From Acidimicrobiia bacterium (lineage in GTDB: Bacteria > Actinomycetota > Acidimicrobiia > Spongiisociales > ZC4RG35), in contig DATABS010000071.1 of NCBI GenBank assembly GCA_036259475.1, positions 3,913-67,912 of the forward strand: a stretch of DNA of 64,000 nucleotides, read 5' to 3'. The notes under the pieces were generated by a model. The model had not been told where the DNA came from, did not search any database, and saw only the letters and a list, made by a program, of their open reading frames with translations. Position numbers and translations under genes: made by a program. Below are positions 52,468 through 62,560 of this stretch, in pieces (position 1 is the first letter of the stretch; each line of letters opens with the position of its first letter).

Positions 52468-54516
52468 ATGGCTCCAGAGAAGATTCGCAACGTCGCGCTC
52501 GTAGGCCACGGCGGCAGCGGCAAGACCTCCCTCGCCGAGGCGCTTCTCTACGTTTCCGGGGCCACGAATCGCCTGGGATCCGTCGACCAGGGCACCAGCC
52601 TCCTCGATCACGAGCCGGAGGAGGTCGAGCGAAAGATCTCTCTCAGCCTGTCGGTGGCGACGATCGACTGGAACGGCTACGAGATCAACCTCCTCGACAC
52701 GCCCGGCTTTGCCGACTTCTCCGGCGATGCGCGCGCCGCCCTCCGCGCCGCCGACCTTGCCCTGTTCGTCGTCTCGGCCGTGGACGGCGTCGAGGTCTCC
52801 ACCGAACTCATGTGGAAGGTCGCCGCCGAGGAAGGGATTCCTCGCGCAATCGTCGTCACCAAGCTGGACCGCGACCGGGCGTCCTTCCGCCGCACCCTCG
52901 ATCAGCTTAAGGAGGCGTTCGGCAAGCGGGTGGCGCCTGTCCAGGTGCCCATCGGCGAGGAGGCGGGCCTCGAAGGTCTGGTGCGGGTCGTTTCCGAGCG
53001 GGCTTATCGATACGAGGCGGGAAGCAAATCCGGCACTCAGATCGAGCTACCCGACTCGGTTGCCGAGCTGGTTCACAACGCGCACACCGCGCTGGTGGAG
53101 TCGGTGGTGGAGACGGACGACGCCCTCATGGAGGCCTACTTCGAGGGGAACGAGCCGGACCGGGAGGTGATCGTCGAAACCGTCCACCAGGGAATGCTGA
53201 CGGGCGAGATATTCCCTGTGCTCGTGGCCTCCGCCCACACGCTCGTGGGGATCGACACCCTGGCCGAGTTCCTCGTGGACTTCGGAGCCAACCCGCTCGA
53301 GCATGCCGTCCCACCCCTGTCATCCGGATCGCTCGAGATCTCACCGTCGGGACCGGTCGCGGCCTATGTCTTCAAGACCCTTTCCGACCCCTTCGTCGGC
53401 CGCATCTCCATGTTCCGGGTCTTCTCCGGCTCCATCGACGCCGACACGGAGCTCGAGGTGGCCGGTGACGGCCGTGTGCGCATGCACAACCTGTTCCGTA
53501 TGCAGGGCAAGGAGCATCGCGACGTGGGCTCGGTGGGAATTGGCGAGATCGCCGCGGTGGCCAAGGTCGACAACGCCCGGGCCGGCGACACCCTTCGCTC
53601 CCCCGGCTCCGATGTCGTCATCGTCCCGATGACCCAACCGGTGCCGGTAATGGAAGTGGCCATCAGTCCGCGCTCGAATCAGGACGAGGAGAAACTGTCC
53701 GGGGCCCTGGCGCGGGTGGCCGAAGCCGACCCGACGGTCCGGGTCGAGCGCCGGGCCGAGACCGGTGAGACGATTCTCGCCGGCCTGGGAGACAACCATC
53801 TCGAGGTGACCCTCGCCCGCATCAGCCGCAACTTCGGGGTGGATGTGGACACCTCTTTGCCCAAGGTCCCCTACCGCGAGACGATCTCGGCCAGCGCCGA
53901 AGCCGAGGGCAAGCACAAGAAGCAGTCAGGTGGCCGCGGGCAGTTCGGTGTCGCCGTCGTGAAGTTCGCCCCCCGTCCTCGGGGCAGCGGGTTCGAGTTC
54001 ATCGACAGCATCAAGGGAGGGTCGATCCCTCGCCAGTTCATTCCCGCCGTTCAGAAGGGCATCGAGGAGGCCCTCGCCGGCGGAATCGTCGCCGGGTACC
54101 CGGTGCTCGACCTGTCGGCCGAGCTGATCGACGGCAAGTATCACTCGGTCGACTCCGACGAGCTCTCCTTCCGCATGGCCGGCATCCAGGCAGTCCGGGC
54201 GGCCGGCCCCTCACTGCGTCCCGTCTTGCTCGAACCGATCATGCACATGGTGGTCCGTGTCCCCGAGGAGAGCACCGGCGATATCATGGGCGATATCAAC
54301 GCCAAGCGAGGGCGAGTCCTCGGAATCGACACGGACGGCGGCGTCCGGGTCATCGAGGCACAGGTACCGATGTCGGAAGTACAGCGGTACGCCGTCGATC
54401 TCCGATCGATGACCTCCGGCCGCGGCACCTTCGAGGTCCGTTTCGACCACTACGAGGAGGTTCCCCCCCAGGAGGTGCAACGGATCATCGACGCCGCCCA
54501 AAAAGAAGAGAACTGA
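52468..54516 (+). CDS. elongation factor G paralog (EF-G2-like translational GTPase)
   Basis: It has the G domain with GHGGSGKTSL and DTPGFADF, followed by EF-G domains II-V. The ATG at 52468 follows an AAGAGGAGG RBS. Confidence 0.85.
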   Translation: MAPEKIRNVALVGHGGSGKTSLAEALLYVSGATNRLGSVDQGTSLLDHEPEEVERKISLSLSVATIDWNGYEINLLDTPGFADFSGDARAALRAADLALFVVSAVDGVEVSTELMWKVAAEEGIPRAIVVTKLDRDRASFRRTLDQLKEAFGKRVAPVQVPIGEEAGLEGLVRVVSERAYRYEAGSKSGTQIELPDSVAELVHNAHTALVESVVETDDALMEAYFEGNEPDREVIVETVHQGMLTGEIFPVLVASAHTLVGIDTLAEFLVDFGANPLEHAVPPLSSGSLEISPSGPVAAYVFKTLSDPFVGRISMFRVFSGSIDADTELEVAGDGRVRMHNLFRMQGKEHRDVGSVGIGEIAAVAKVDNARAGDTLRSPGSDVVIVPMTQPVPVMEVAISPRSNQDEEKLSGALARVAEADPTVRVERRAETGETILAGLGDNHLEVTLARISRNFGVDVDTSLPKVPYRETISASAEAEGKHKKQSGGRGQFGVAVVKFAPRPRGSGFEFIDSIKGGSIPRQFIPAVQKGIEEALAGGIVAGYPVLDLSAELIDGKYHSVDSDELSFRMAGIQAVRAAGPSLRPVLLEPIMHMVVRVPEESTGDIMGDINAKRGRVLGIDTDGGVRVIEAQVPMSEVQRYAVDLRSMTSGRGTFEVRFDHYEEVPPQEVQRIIDAAQKEEN

Positions 54517-54530
54517 AGGAAAGGAACGCA

Positions 54531-55817
54531 ATGCCCGAAGCCGTCCTCAGGTACGAAGATCAGGAGCTCGAGCTTCCCGCCGAGGTCGGCAGCGAAGGAG
54601 AGATCGCACTCGACATCAGTCGCTTGCGGGCAGAAACAGGCCTCATCACGCTCGACCGCGGGTTTGCCAACACCGCCGAGGGCGGGTCGGAGATCACGTT
54701 CATCGATGGGGAGAAAGGCCTCCTTCGGTACCGGGGCTATCCCATCGAACAGCTCGCTGAGCAATGCTCCTTCCTGGAGGTCGCCTACCTCCTCCAGTAC
54801 GGGGACCTTCCGACGCCCGGTGAGTTCGAGGCCTATGAGAACTCGATCACCCGACACACCCTCCTTCGCGAGGACATGAAGAACCTGTTCGAGGCGTTTC
54901 CACACGAGGCCCATCCGATGCAGATACTGGCCTCCGCAACCTCGGCGCTTGCGACCTACTACCCCGATGCACTCGACCCCCGGGATGAGGAGGCGGTCGA
55001 CATATCGGCGCGGCGTCTCATCGCCAAGGTGCCGACCATGGTGGCCTGGTCGTACAAGTACCGCGTGCACCAGCCGTACGTGTATCCCCGCAACGACCTC
55101 GATTACTCCTCCCGATACCTCCACATGATGTTCTCGGTCCCTTCCGAGGAGTACCTGCCCAACGAGACTATCGCCAAGGCTCTCAACGCACTGTTCATCC
55201 TGCACGCCGACCATGGCCAGAACTGCTCCGCCTCGGCGGTCCGTCTTGTCGGCTCGGGGCAGGCGAACGTCTTCTCCTCCGTGGCCGCCGGCATCCATGC
55301 CCTGTCGGGCCCCCGCCACGGCGGGGCGAACCAGGCCGTGCTGGAGATGCTCGAGGACATCGTCAGCGGCGAAGGTGACGTCTCGACCGCCGTCGCCCGG
55401 GCCAAGGACAAGAACGATCCCTTCCGGCTCATGGGATTCGGTCACCGGGTGTACAAGAACTTCGATCCCCGCGCCCGCCTCATCAAGCAGGTCGCCGAGC
55501 AGGTCCTGCGCGAACTGGGGCAGGAAGATCCGCTGCTGCGCGTGGCGGAGGAGCTGGAATCGGTGGCATTGGAAGACGACTACTTCGTTGAGCGGCGGCT
55601 GTATCCCAACGTCGACTTCTACTCGGGCATCATCTATCGAGCGATGGGCTTTCCCACCGATCTCATGACCGTTCTGTTCGCCATCGGCCGCCTCCCGGGC
55701 TGGCTCGCCCAGTGGCGGGAGCTGGCTGCCGACCCCAACACGGCGATCTTCCGTCCCCGCCAGATCTACACCGGGGCGAACGTCCGCGACGTGGTACCCC
55801 TGAGCGATCGATCGTGA
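54531..55817 (+). CDS. gltA: citrate synthase (type II)
   Basis: LHADHGQNCS, GPRHGGAN and GFGHRVYK catalytic motifs are present. Confidence 0.93.
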   Translation: MPEAVLRYEDQELELPAEVGSEGEIALDISRLRAETGLITLDRGFANTAEGGSEITFIDGEKGLLRYRGYPIEQLAEQCSFLEVAYLLQYGDLPTPGEFEAYENSITRHTLLREDMKNLFEAFPHEAHPMQILASATSALATYYPDALDPRDEEAVDISARRLIAKVPTMVAWSYKYRVHQPYVYPRNDLDYSSRYLHMMFSVPSEEYLPNETIAKALNALFILHADHGQNCSASAVRLVGSGQANVFSSVAAGIHALSGPRHGGANQAVLEMLEDIVSGEGDVSTAVARAKDKNDPFRLMGFGHRVYKNFDPRARLIKQVAEQVLRELGQEDPLLRVAEELESVALEDDYFVERRLYPNVDFYSGIIYRAMGFPTDLMTVLFAIGRLPGWLAQWRELAADPNTAIFRPRQIYTGANVRDVVPLSDRS

Positions 55818-55825
55818 AGCGGGTG

Positions 55826-55962
55826 GTAGGTGGTAGGTACCTGCCCGGTCCTTCGCGTCTTCTTCTGAGACCACGAATCGGTCAGGGATCGGATCAGTGG
55901 TGAAGACCGGTCAGCCGTTGCGAGGTAAGTGACCACGACCTACCACCTATTACTTAGTACCG
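55826..55962. repeat. long-range inverted repeat (GGTGGTAGGTGGTAGGTACC ... GACCTACCACCTATTACTTAGTACC) in the convergent gltA / thrS-operon gap
   Basis: The arms share TAGGTGGTAGG / CCTACCACCTA (about 11-14 bp) and are separated by about 90 bp. It is the only space between convergent transcription units and is locally AT-richer. Confidence 0.5.
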
Positions 55963-55983
55963 GCTCCTCGACCTTCGTCAGTT

Positions 55984-56454
55984 TCAGAGGCCCTCCACAT
56001 ACGGCTCGTCGAGGACCTCTCCGGTGACACCGTCGATGGCCACCAGCGCCCGCTGGTCGGGAGGCTCGGCGGCCGAGTAGAGGATCACCGACCAATGGGG
56101 TCTGGATCTCAAGCCATGAAACGTGACCGCGGCCGAGGCATGCCCAACGGCGAAGTCGATGGCGGAGGCGCCCTTGGTGAGCGCCTTCTCCTGTTCGACA
56201 CGGAGGGGCCAGGCGGCCATCCAATGCCACACGGCGAGCGCCAGGGGCAGCAGGGCCGGCAGCGGGTCGATGATGAGCGCCGCCAAAACTGCCAGAGCGA
56301 GGTAGATCAGCGCCGGGACCCGGCGACGGGTCGGGTCGGGGAAGCGGTACGGGCCGACGACGTTGGAGTCGAGCTCCTCTTCGATGGCCACGCCTTCCGC
56401 CACCTGGCGGTCGATGTGTATCCCGTCGCGATTGACCCGGCGTTCTTCGGTCAT
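55984..56454 (-). CDS. hypothetical membrane protein translationally coupled to thrS
   Basis: The 156-aa ORF has a hydrophobic helix pair (VPALIYLALAVLAALIIDPLPALLPLALAVWHWMAAW). Its start overlaps the thrS stop by 4 nt. The overlapping 257-aa ORF 55940-56713 is an Arg-rich shadow. Confidence 0.55.
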   Translation of the reverse strand: MTEERRVNRDGIHIDRQVAEGVAIEEELDSNVVGPYRFPDPTRRRVPALIYLALAVLAALIIDPLPALLPLALAVWHWMAAWPLRVEQEKALTKGASAIDFAVGHASAAVTFHGLRSRPHWSVILYSAAEPPDQRALVAIDGVTGEVLDEPYVEGL

Positions 56455-58385
56455 GCCGGTCCCTGTGACGCGACGGACAACTCATCGACTGCATCGCCGA
56501 GGGGGACTCCCCGGCGTTCGGATTCCTCTCCATAACGACGCAGACCGACTGTCTTGGCTTCGACGTCCTTGTCTCCGACCACGAGCACGGCGGGATGCTT
56601 GGAAGTGAGTGCTCGGCGGATCTTCTCTCCGACCGTCTCACCGGATCGGTCCACCTCGACGCGGATACCGGAATTCCGCAGCGCACTGGCAACCGAGTCC
56701 GCGTAGTCGACATGTCGGTCGGCCACCGGGATCACGGACGCCTGGACTGGAGCCAGCCACATCGGGAACGCCCCGGCATAGTGCTCCGTGAGGACCCCGA
56801 TGAACCGTTCGATCGATCCGGCCTTGGCGCAATGGATCATCACCGGGCGCTCGGTCTTGTTCTCGGCCGTGGCGTATTCGAGTTCGAACCTGGCGGGGAG
56901 GAAGAAGTCGACCTGGATGGTGGAGACCTGCCAGCGACGTCCGATGGCGTCACGGACGTTGATGTCGATCTTGGGCCCGTAGAAGGCACCTTCTCCCTCT
57001 TCGACGGTGTAGTCGATGTTCCCATCGACGAGCGTTTGGCGGAGTACCTCGGTGGCTTCATCCCACAATTCGGCTTCCCCGATCGACTTGCTCGGGTCAC
57101 GGGTCGAGAGCATCGCGTCGAAGTCGTCGAAGCCGAAGTCACGGAGCCATTGCACGACGAACTGGAGATGCATCGCCAATTCGGAGGGAAGCTGTTCGCG
57201 AGTGGTGAAAGTGTGGCTGTCGTCCTGAGTGAAGCCGCGTGCCCGCAGGAGCCCATGAATCGTCCCCGACCGTTCGTAGCGGTATACGCCCCCCAATTCC
57301 GCCAGCCGCATCGGAAGGTCACGGTAGCTGCGGGATCGGGACCGGTAGATGAGGATGTGAAACGGGCAATTCATGGGCTTGACGAGGTATTGCTGGTCGT
57401 TGTCGAGCTCCATCGGCGGGTACATGCCCTCGGCGTAGAACTCCAGATGACCTGAAATCTCCCACAGTTCCGAACGGGCGAGGTGGGGGGTGAAGACGAA
57501 GTCGAATCCGAAGCGCTCGTGGAGCCGGCGGCTGTGATCTTCCAGCACCTTGCGCAGCATTCCCCCTTTTCCGTGCCAGACGGCCAGGCCGGCGCCGAGC
57601 TCGGTGGGGAACGAGAACAGGTCGAGTTCCGGGCCCAGCCTGCGATGGTCGCGCCTTTCCGCTTCCTCGAGCCGATGGAGGTAGTCCTCTAGCGACTTGC
57701 GGTCCTCCCAGGCCGTCCCGTAGATCCGTTGCAGCTGGGGGTTGGCCTCGTCGCCGCGCCAGTAGGCACCCGCAGTGCGCAACAATTTGACCGCCTGGAG
57801 ACGTCCGGTCGAGGGCAGGTGGGGACCGCGGCAGAGGTCGACGAACCCCAGGTTGCGGTAGACCGTCACTTCCTCCCCCGGTGCCACCTGGTCGGTGTCG
57901 ACCGAGCGGATGATCTCCAGCTTGTAAGGGTGCTCTGAGAACATCTCGAGCGCCTCTTCCCGGCTCACCGACCGACGTTCGAATGGCTGGTCGGCGGCGA
58001 TGATCTCCTCCATCCGACTCTCGATCTTCTCGAGGTCCTCGGGTGTGAAGGAACGGCCGATGTCGAAGTCGTAGTAGAACCCGTCCTCTATCGGGGGACC
58101 GATGGCGAATGTCGCCCCCGGATACAGCGAGAGGACAGCCTGGGCGAGTACATGCGCGGCGGAGTGACGGAGGATGTCCCGCCCCTTGTCGCTGCCCTCG
58201 GTTATGACCGAGAACTCGCCTCCCGAATGCAGCTGACGTTCGAGGTCGAGGAGGCGCCCATCCACCTCGACGGCGATGGCCGCCTTCGCCAACCGGGGAC
58301 CGATCGACTCGGCGACTTCGAGGCCGGTGGTCCCTTCCGGATGGGCGTGACGGGAGCCGTCGGGATATGTCAGTTCAATGGCCAT
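56451..58385 (-). CDS. thrS: threonine--tRNA ligase
   Basis: MAIELTYPDGS opens the TGS N-domain, followed by the editing domain, the class II core and an anticodon domain. The start ATG is at 58385. Confidence 0.95.
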   Translation of the reverse strand: MAIELTYPDGSRHAHPEGTTGLEVAESIGPRLAKAAIAVEVDGRLLDLERQLHSGGEFSVITEGSDKGRDILRHSAAHVLAQAVLSLYPGATFAIGPPIEDGFYYDFDIGRSFTPEDLEKIESRMEEIIAADQPFERRSVSREEALEMFSEHPYKLEIIRSVDTDQVAPGEEVTVYRNLGFVDLCRGPHLPSTGRLQAVKLLRTAGAYWRGDEANPQLQRIYGTAWEDRKSLEDYLHRLEEAERRDHRRLGPELDLFSFPTELGAGLAVWHGKGGMLRKVLEDHSRRLHERFGFDFVFTPHLARSELWEISGHLEFYAEGMYPPMELDNDQQYLVKPMNCPFHILIYRSRSRSYRDLPMRLAELGGVYRYERSGTIHGLLRARGFTQDDSHTFTTREQLPSELAMHLQFVVQWLRDFGFDDFDAMLSTRDPSKSIGEAELWDEATEVLRQTLVDGNIDYTVEEGEGAFYGPKIDINVRDAIGRRWQVSTIQVDFFLPARFELEYATAENKTERPVMIHCAKAGSIERFIGVLTEHYAGAFPMWLAPVQASVIPVADRHVDYADSVASALRNSGIRVEVDRSGETVGEKIRRALTSKHPAVLVVGDKDVEAKTVGLRRYGEESERRGVPLGDAVDELSVASQGPA

Positions 58386-58536
58386 GCATGTTGGATTGGT
58401 CGGCGGAGTTCCGTAGAAACCTGGGGTACGGCGACTAGCCTGTTGCCGCGAAGAGCGTACAGGGCTTGGCCGGGGTCCCAAGCAGATTAACAAGCCGTAT
58501 AAGAGACCAGAGAGTCGCCAGGAGGCCTACGAAGTC

Positions 58537-59382
58537 ATGGACGCGCTGACACTGGTGGGGCGCATCGCCCCCCGCGCCTCGGTTCGCGAGGTAACCCGCG
58601 TGGACGGCGGTCAGAAGAACCGCGTTTTCCGTCTGCTCGAGGAAGGCGGTCGCGCCTCGGTGGTGAAGATCTACGCCAGTGCAGGCCGGGAGCGGCGCGA
58701 GCGCCACGCTCTGGAGGCCCTCGAGGAGCTGGACGGCATACCGCACCTCATCGACCGGGGCGTCACGCCCGACGGAACGGCGTGGGCCCAGCTGACCGAC
58801 GGGGGCGGATGGACCCTGCAGAGCCTCACCAAGAACCTCGACGTCCTCGCCCGAGCCGGTCATGTCCTGCGGGGTGTCCATGAGTCGACCCGTTCCATAA
58901 CGAACCTCGAAGGGGGGATGGACGGGGACTACATCGCCACCCATTACGGCTCGACCATCGATCGTCTGGGCCGTTACCGGCGCAAGCTGCAGATCCCGCC
59001 TCACGTCCTGGAGGCAGCCAGTTCCGCCCCTCCCCCGGTGTCGAGCAAGCCGGTGACCTCTCACACCCATCCCACTCCAGACAAGTTCCTCGTCAACGAG
59101 AACGGCGAGGTGATGCTCGTCGACTGGGAGTGGGCCACGCTGGCGCCTCCGGAATGGGATCTGAGCCTGGCCACGTGGTCGGTGAAGACGATCCACGAAG
59201 CGGACGCGGCGGCAGCCTTCCTCGACGGCTATGGCGACTCGATCGGAGCCGACCGGCTCGAGAGTTGGACCGCCTACCACGCCGCCATGAAGCTGCTCGA
59301 CGCCGGCGAGTCCCGTGACGGCCGCCTGGGCGACCTGGCCAACACGGTGCGCCATCTCGCCCACGCCGTCGGCGCCGGCTGA
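58537..59382 (+). CDS. aminoglycoside-phosphotransferase-fold kinase (APH/choline-kinase family)
   Basis: Brenner-like catalytic motif HTHPTPDKFLVNENGEVMLVDWEWA, with an AGGAGG RBS upstream. Confidence 0.75.
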   Translation: MDALTLVGRIAPRASVREVTRVDGGQKNRVFRLLEEGGRASVVKIYASAGRERRERHALEALEELDGIPHLIDRGVTPDGTAWAQLTDGGGWTLQSLTKNLDVLARAGHVLRGVHESTRSITNLEGGMDGDYIATHYGSTIDRLGRYRRKLQIPPHVLEAASSAPPPVSSKPVTSHTHPTPDKFLVNENGEVMLVDWEWATLAPPEWDLSLATWSVKTIHEADAAAAFLDGYGDSIGADRLESWTAYHAAMKLLDAGESRDGRLGDLANTVRHLAHAVGAG

Positions 59383-59460
59383 TTCCGCCGAGAGCGCGAA
59401 ATCCCAGGAGTCCCCGGCTTCCTCACCTAACGTCCGCACACCGCAACGAGGAGGACGGAA

Positions 59461-59664
59461 GTGCTGGAGGCGTTGGTGGCGGCCACTGCGACGACTGGAC
59501 TGCTGGCTCTCGCTCGCCATTCCCGCGAGCAGCCATTCGTGATCGACCCCCGCCTCGTGGTGGAGCTCCCGGGAGACGATCGGGATCTCCCTTGCCCGTG
59601 GTGTGGCCGGGGCACCAGGGAGACCGACGAGCGCTGCCCCAGCTGCGGGCGCCGGTTCGGTTGA
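59461..59664 (+). CDS. small zinc-ribbon protein (CPWC...CPSC)
   Basis: 67-aa ORF with a GTG start and an AGGAGGA RBS 6 nt upstream; it has two CxxC pairs. Confidence 0.45.
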   Translation: MLEALVAATATTGLLALARHSREQPFVIDPRLVVELPGDDRDLPCPWCGRGTRETDERCPSCGRRFG

Positions 59665-59673
59665 GCGGCGCTC

Positions 59674-60549
59674 TCACTCGACCTGCTTGATGAATGACCG
59701 GTGGACCCGTTCCACGGTCATGCCCAGCCTTTCGTAGAGCTTCACCGCCTTGACGTTGTCGCCTTCTGTGTAGAGGAACACCTCCGGGCAACCCGCCTCG
59801 GTCAGATGGCGCATTCCCTCCAGTACGAGAGCCTCGCCGAGACCCCGGCCCTGATAGGCCGGGTCGACGCCGATGATGTAGATCTCACCCCGCCCTCCTG
59901 GATGGATCTTCGTCCAGCAAAAACCGGCTAGGTCGTCGTCATGCCATGCCATCCGCAGCCCGTCGGACTTGAACCAATCCATCGCCGTCCGCCGTTCCAG
60001 GTCCGACAGAGTCAGATCACCGTTTTCGGGATGGCCGGCGAAGGCGACGTTGTTGACTGCGAGCCAGGCCGCTTCGTCCTCCCCGACCCGGAAAGGGCGC
60101 ACCACGAACTCCGGGCCGAATTCGGGCGCCGACTGCGCCGGCAAGTCCCGGGCCATGATCAGGAGTTCCCGTTCCGGCTGGAACCCCAGGTGGGGCGGGA
60201 TGGCATGGTCGTCGGAGTCGAAAGTCCACCACCGCAGCCGCCTCGCCCCCGACTGCACCGCGGTGGCTGTGGCCGCATCGACCAACTCGGCCACCTGCTC
60301 TCGCCCCATCCGTCCTGTGACTATTTCCATCGCCCACTCGCCCGGCCGCCCGCTAGGGGCCAGTCCGGCGTATCCGACGATTTGGCCATCTGACTGGGCG
60401 ATGAGGCCCGTGCCGGGGCGGCCGTCGGTCAACTCGACCAAGGAATGCTTGTTCTCGCTGAGACCGTGGTCACCTTCGGAAATCGCCGAGTCGAGGAAAG
60501 TGAGGACGGCGGCGCGGTCGCCGGGCAGAGTCAGGACTCGGACGAGCAC
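59674..60549 (-). CDS. tandem-GNAT N-acetyltransferase, mycothiol synthase (MshD)-like
   Basis: The 291-aa protein has two GNAT domains, of which the second carries Q/RGRGLGEALV (the acetyl-CoA-binding motif). This architecture is typical of MshD. Confidence 0.6.
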   Translation of the reverse strand: MLVRVLTLPGDRAAVLTFLDSAISEGDHGLSENKHSLVELTDGRPGTGLIAQSDGQIVGYAGLAPSGRPGEWAMEIVTGRMGREQVAELVDAATATAVQSGARRLRWWTFDSDDHAIPPHLGFQPERELLIMARDLPAQSAPEFGPEFVVRPFRVGEDEAAWLAVNNVAFAGHPENGDLTLSDLERRTAMDWFKSDGLRMAWHDDDLAGFCWTKIHPGGRGEIYIIGVDPAYQGRGLGEALVLEGMRHLTEAGCPEVFLYTEGDNVKAVKLYERLGMTVERVHRSFIKQVE

Positions 60550-60595
60550 GAGGTGACGGTAGCTGTCACCCGGCGGGCGATATCATCGGCCCCGA

Positions 60596-61561
60596 ATGAG
60601 TCGAATCGGTCTCGTCTTGGGGGGTGGAGGCATCACGGGGGCCTCGTATCAGATCGCCGCCCTCATGGCCCTGGAACTGGCCTGCGAGTGGGAGGCTAAC
60701 GAGGCGAGGGTGGTGATCGGGACCTCCGGCGGTTCCTATGTGGCGGCACTCGTTCGGTCGGGACGCCTCGACCTCGACTCGATGGTGCGCTACGGCGAGG
60801 ATCCCGGATCGGTCGCCGACCGGATCCGTCGCCACGTCTTCACCCCCGACCCTGGGATCCGGGTGGGCCGATGGGTCCGCCAGGGTCTGCTGCCGGGTCT
60901 GCGTCGACCGGGAGTGACGATGTTGATGGGATGCCCCGCCCGCTACGGAGCACAGGGCTTGGCGGGCTGGGTCCGGGAGCAGGTAGGGGAGGCGGCCGAC
61001 TCCTGGCCGGAGCGACCCACCGTCATAACGGCCTACGACTTGGCAACCCGCGACCGGGTTGCCTTCGGCACGGTGGCCGCTCCTGAGGTCTCTCTGGCGG
61101 AAGCGGTGGCGGCGAGTTCCGCCATCCCGGTGCTCTTTCATCCTCACGTCATCGGTGACCACGCCTACGTCGACGGCGGCGTCGCCTCGGGAACCCATCT
61201 GGATCTGGTCCTGGGCAGCTCCGAGGAACTCGACCTGGTGATCGTGATCGCCCCCCTGGCAGCCGAGGAGGGTCGAAGGGGTGCGTGGCTAGGAGAAAGG
61301 CTGTTCGACCGGGTCGGGCGCCGTTCGCTGGACGAGGAGATGGCCATCGTGGCCGAGGCCTGGCCCCACACCGACGTCCTCGTCCTGCGCCCCACTCCCG
61401 CCGTGCTGGCGGCGATGCGACCCAATCCGATGGCGCCCGAAGCCGCCGTTCCGACATTCATCCGCACGTTGGCGGCGATGAAGCGCAAGCTGGCCGAGCC
61501 GGAGGTGTGGGACCTCCTTCATCATCACCTCGACCCGCCCCGCGTCCACGCCGCGCGGTGA
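60596..61561 (+). CDS. patatin-like phospholipase
   Basis: GGGGITGASY (oxyanion), GTSGG (GxSxG nucleophile) and DGG (catalytic Asp) are present. Confidence 0.85.
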   Translation: MSRIGLVLGGGGITGASYQIAALMALELACEWEANEARVVIGTSGGSYVAALVRSGRLDLDSMVRYGEDPGSVADRIRRHVFTPDPGIRVGRWVRQGLLPGLRRPGVTMLMGCPARYGAQGLAGWVREQVGEAADSWPERPTVITAYDLATRDRVAFGTVAAPEVSLAEAVAASSAIPVLFHPHVIGDHAYVDGGVASGTHLDLVLGSSEELDLVIVIAPLAAEEGRRGAWLGERLFDRVGRRSLDEEMAIVAEAWPHTDVLVLRPTPAVLAAMRPNPMAPEAAVPTFIRTLAAMKRKLAEPEVWDLLHHHLDPPRVHAAR

Positions 61562-61569
61562 CTCCGAGG

Positions 61570-62523
61570 TCAGCCGGCGGGGATGACGCCGAGGCGGCCC
61601 TTCTGGTAATCGTCGAACGCCTGAGCCAGTTCGGCGTGGCTATTCATCACGAAAGGCCCCATCCACGCCACCGGCTCGCCGATTGGTCGGCCGCCCAGCA
61701 ACAGGACGTCCATCTGGGGGCTGCGTGACTCCTGTCCGGCGTCGGCGGCCATCACCAGAGTCTCGCCGGGCCCGAAGAGGGCGAGTTGACCCGAGTGGAT
61801 CGGTCGCCGCTCGCTGCCCACGCTGCCTCTGCCGGCCAGCACATACGCCAGGGCGTTGAAGTCGGCGCGCCAGGGAATCGCTATCCGAGCCCCCGGGGAA
61901 ATGGTTGCGTGCACCATCGTCATCGGGGTGTGCGTGGAGCCCGGTCCGGCGACGCCGCCTAGTTCCCCGGCGATGAGACGGAGAAGCGCTCCCCCGTCGG
62001 CGGAGGACAACAGGGCGACCTCACCGCCCCGCAGGTCCTGATACCTGGGTGGGGTGAACTTCTGGCGGGCGGGCAGGTTGACCCAGAGTTGAAAGCCATG
62101 GAAGAGCCCGCCAGACATCACCAGATGCTCGGGCGGGCTTTCGATGTGGAGAATGCCCGATCCGGCCGTCATCCACTGGGTGTCGCCGTTCGTGATGCTG
62201 CCCCCGCCGCCGTGGGAGTCGCGGTGGTCGAAGATGCCGTCGATCATGTAGGTGACTGTCTCGAATCCACGGTGCGGATGCCAGGGGGTGCCCTTGGGCT
62301 CTCCTGGGGCGTACTCGACCTCGCCCATCTGGTCGAGGTGCACGAACGGGTCGAGATCGGCCAGGTCCACTCCGGCGAATGCCCGCCGTACCGGAAATCC
62401 CTCACCCTCGAAGCCGCCCGGGGCGGTGGTGATCGACCGGATGGGTCGTTCGATCGTCAACCGGGGGTCCGGCTCGGCCAGCCGGGGAAGGCTGAGAATA
62501 TCGGGGACGGTTACGGCAGGCAT
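61570..62523 (-). CDS. pirin-family bicupin protein
   Basis: The cupin metal-binding region HPHRGFETVTYMIDG...H..E is present in a 317-aa protein. Confidence 0.88.
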   Translation of the reverse strand: MPAVTVPDILSLPRLAEPDPRLTIERPIRSITTAPGGFEGEGFPVRRAFAGVDLADLDPFVHLDQMGEVEYAPGEPKGTPWHPHRGFETVTYMIDGIFDHRDSHGGGGSITNGDTQWMTAGSGILHIESPPEHLVMSGGLFHGFQLWVNLPARQKFTPPRYQDLRGGEVALLSSADGGALLRLIAGELGGVAGPGSTHTPMTMVHATISPGARIAIPWRADFNALAYVLAGRGSVGSERRPIHSGQLALFGPGETLVMAADAGQESRSPQMDVLLLGGRPIGEPVAWMGPFVMNSHAELAQAFDDYQKGRLGVIPAG

Positions 62524-62560
62524 GGGCTCAGCCTACCGGTGACTCGCTCCAAGCAGGTCG

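Noticed and set aside
55940-56713. 257-aa ORF downstream of thrS
   Set aside because: It is Arg-rich low-complexity and overlaps both the thrS 3' end and the better-supported 156-aa membrane-protein frame.
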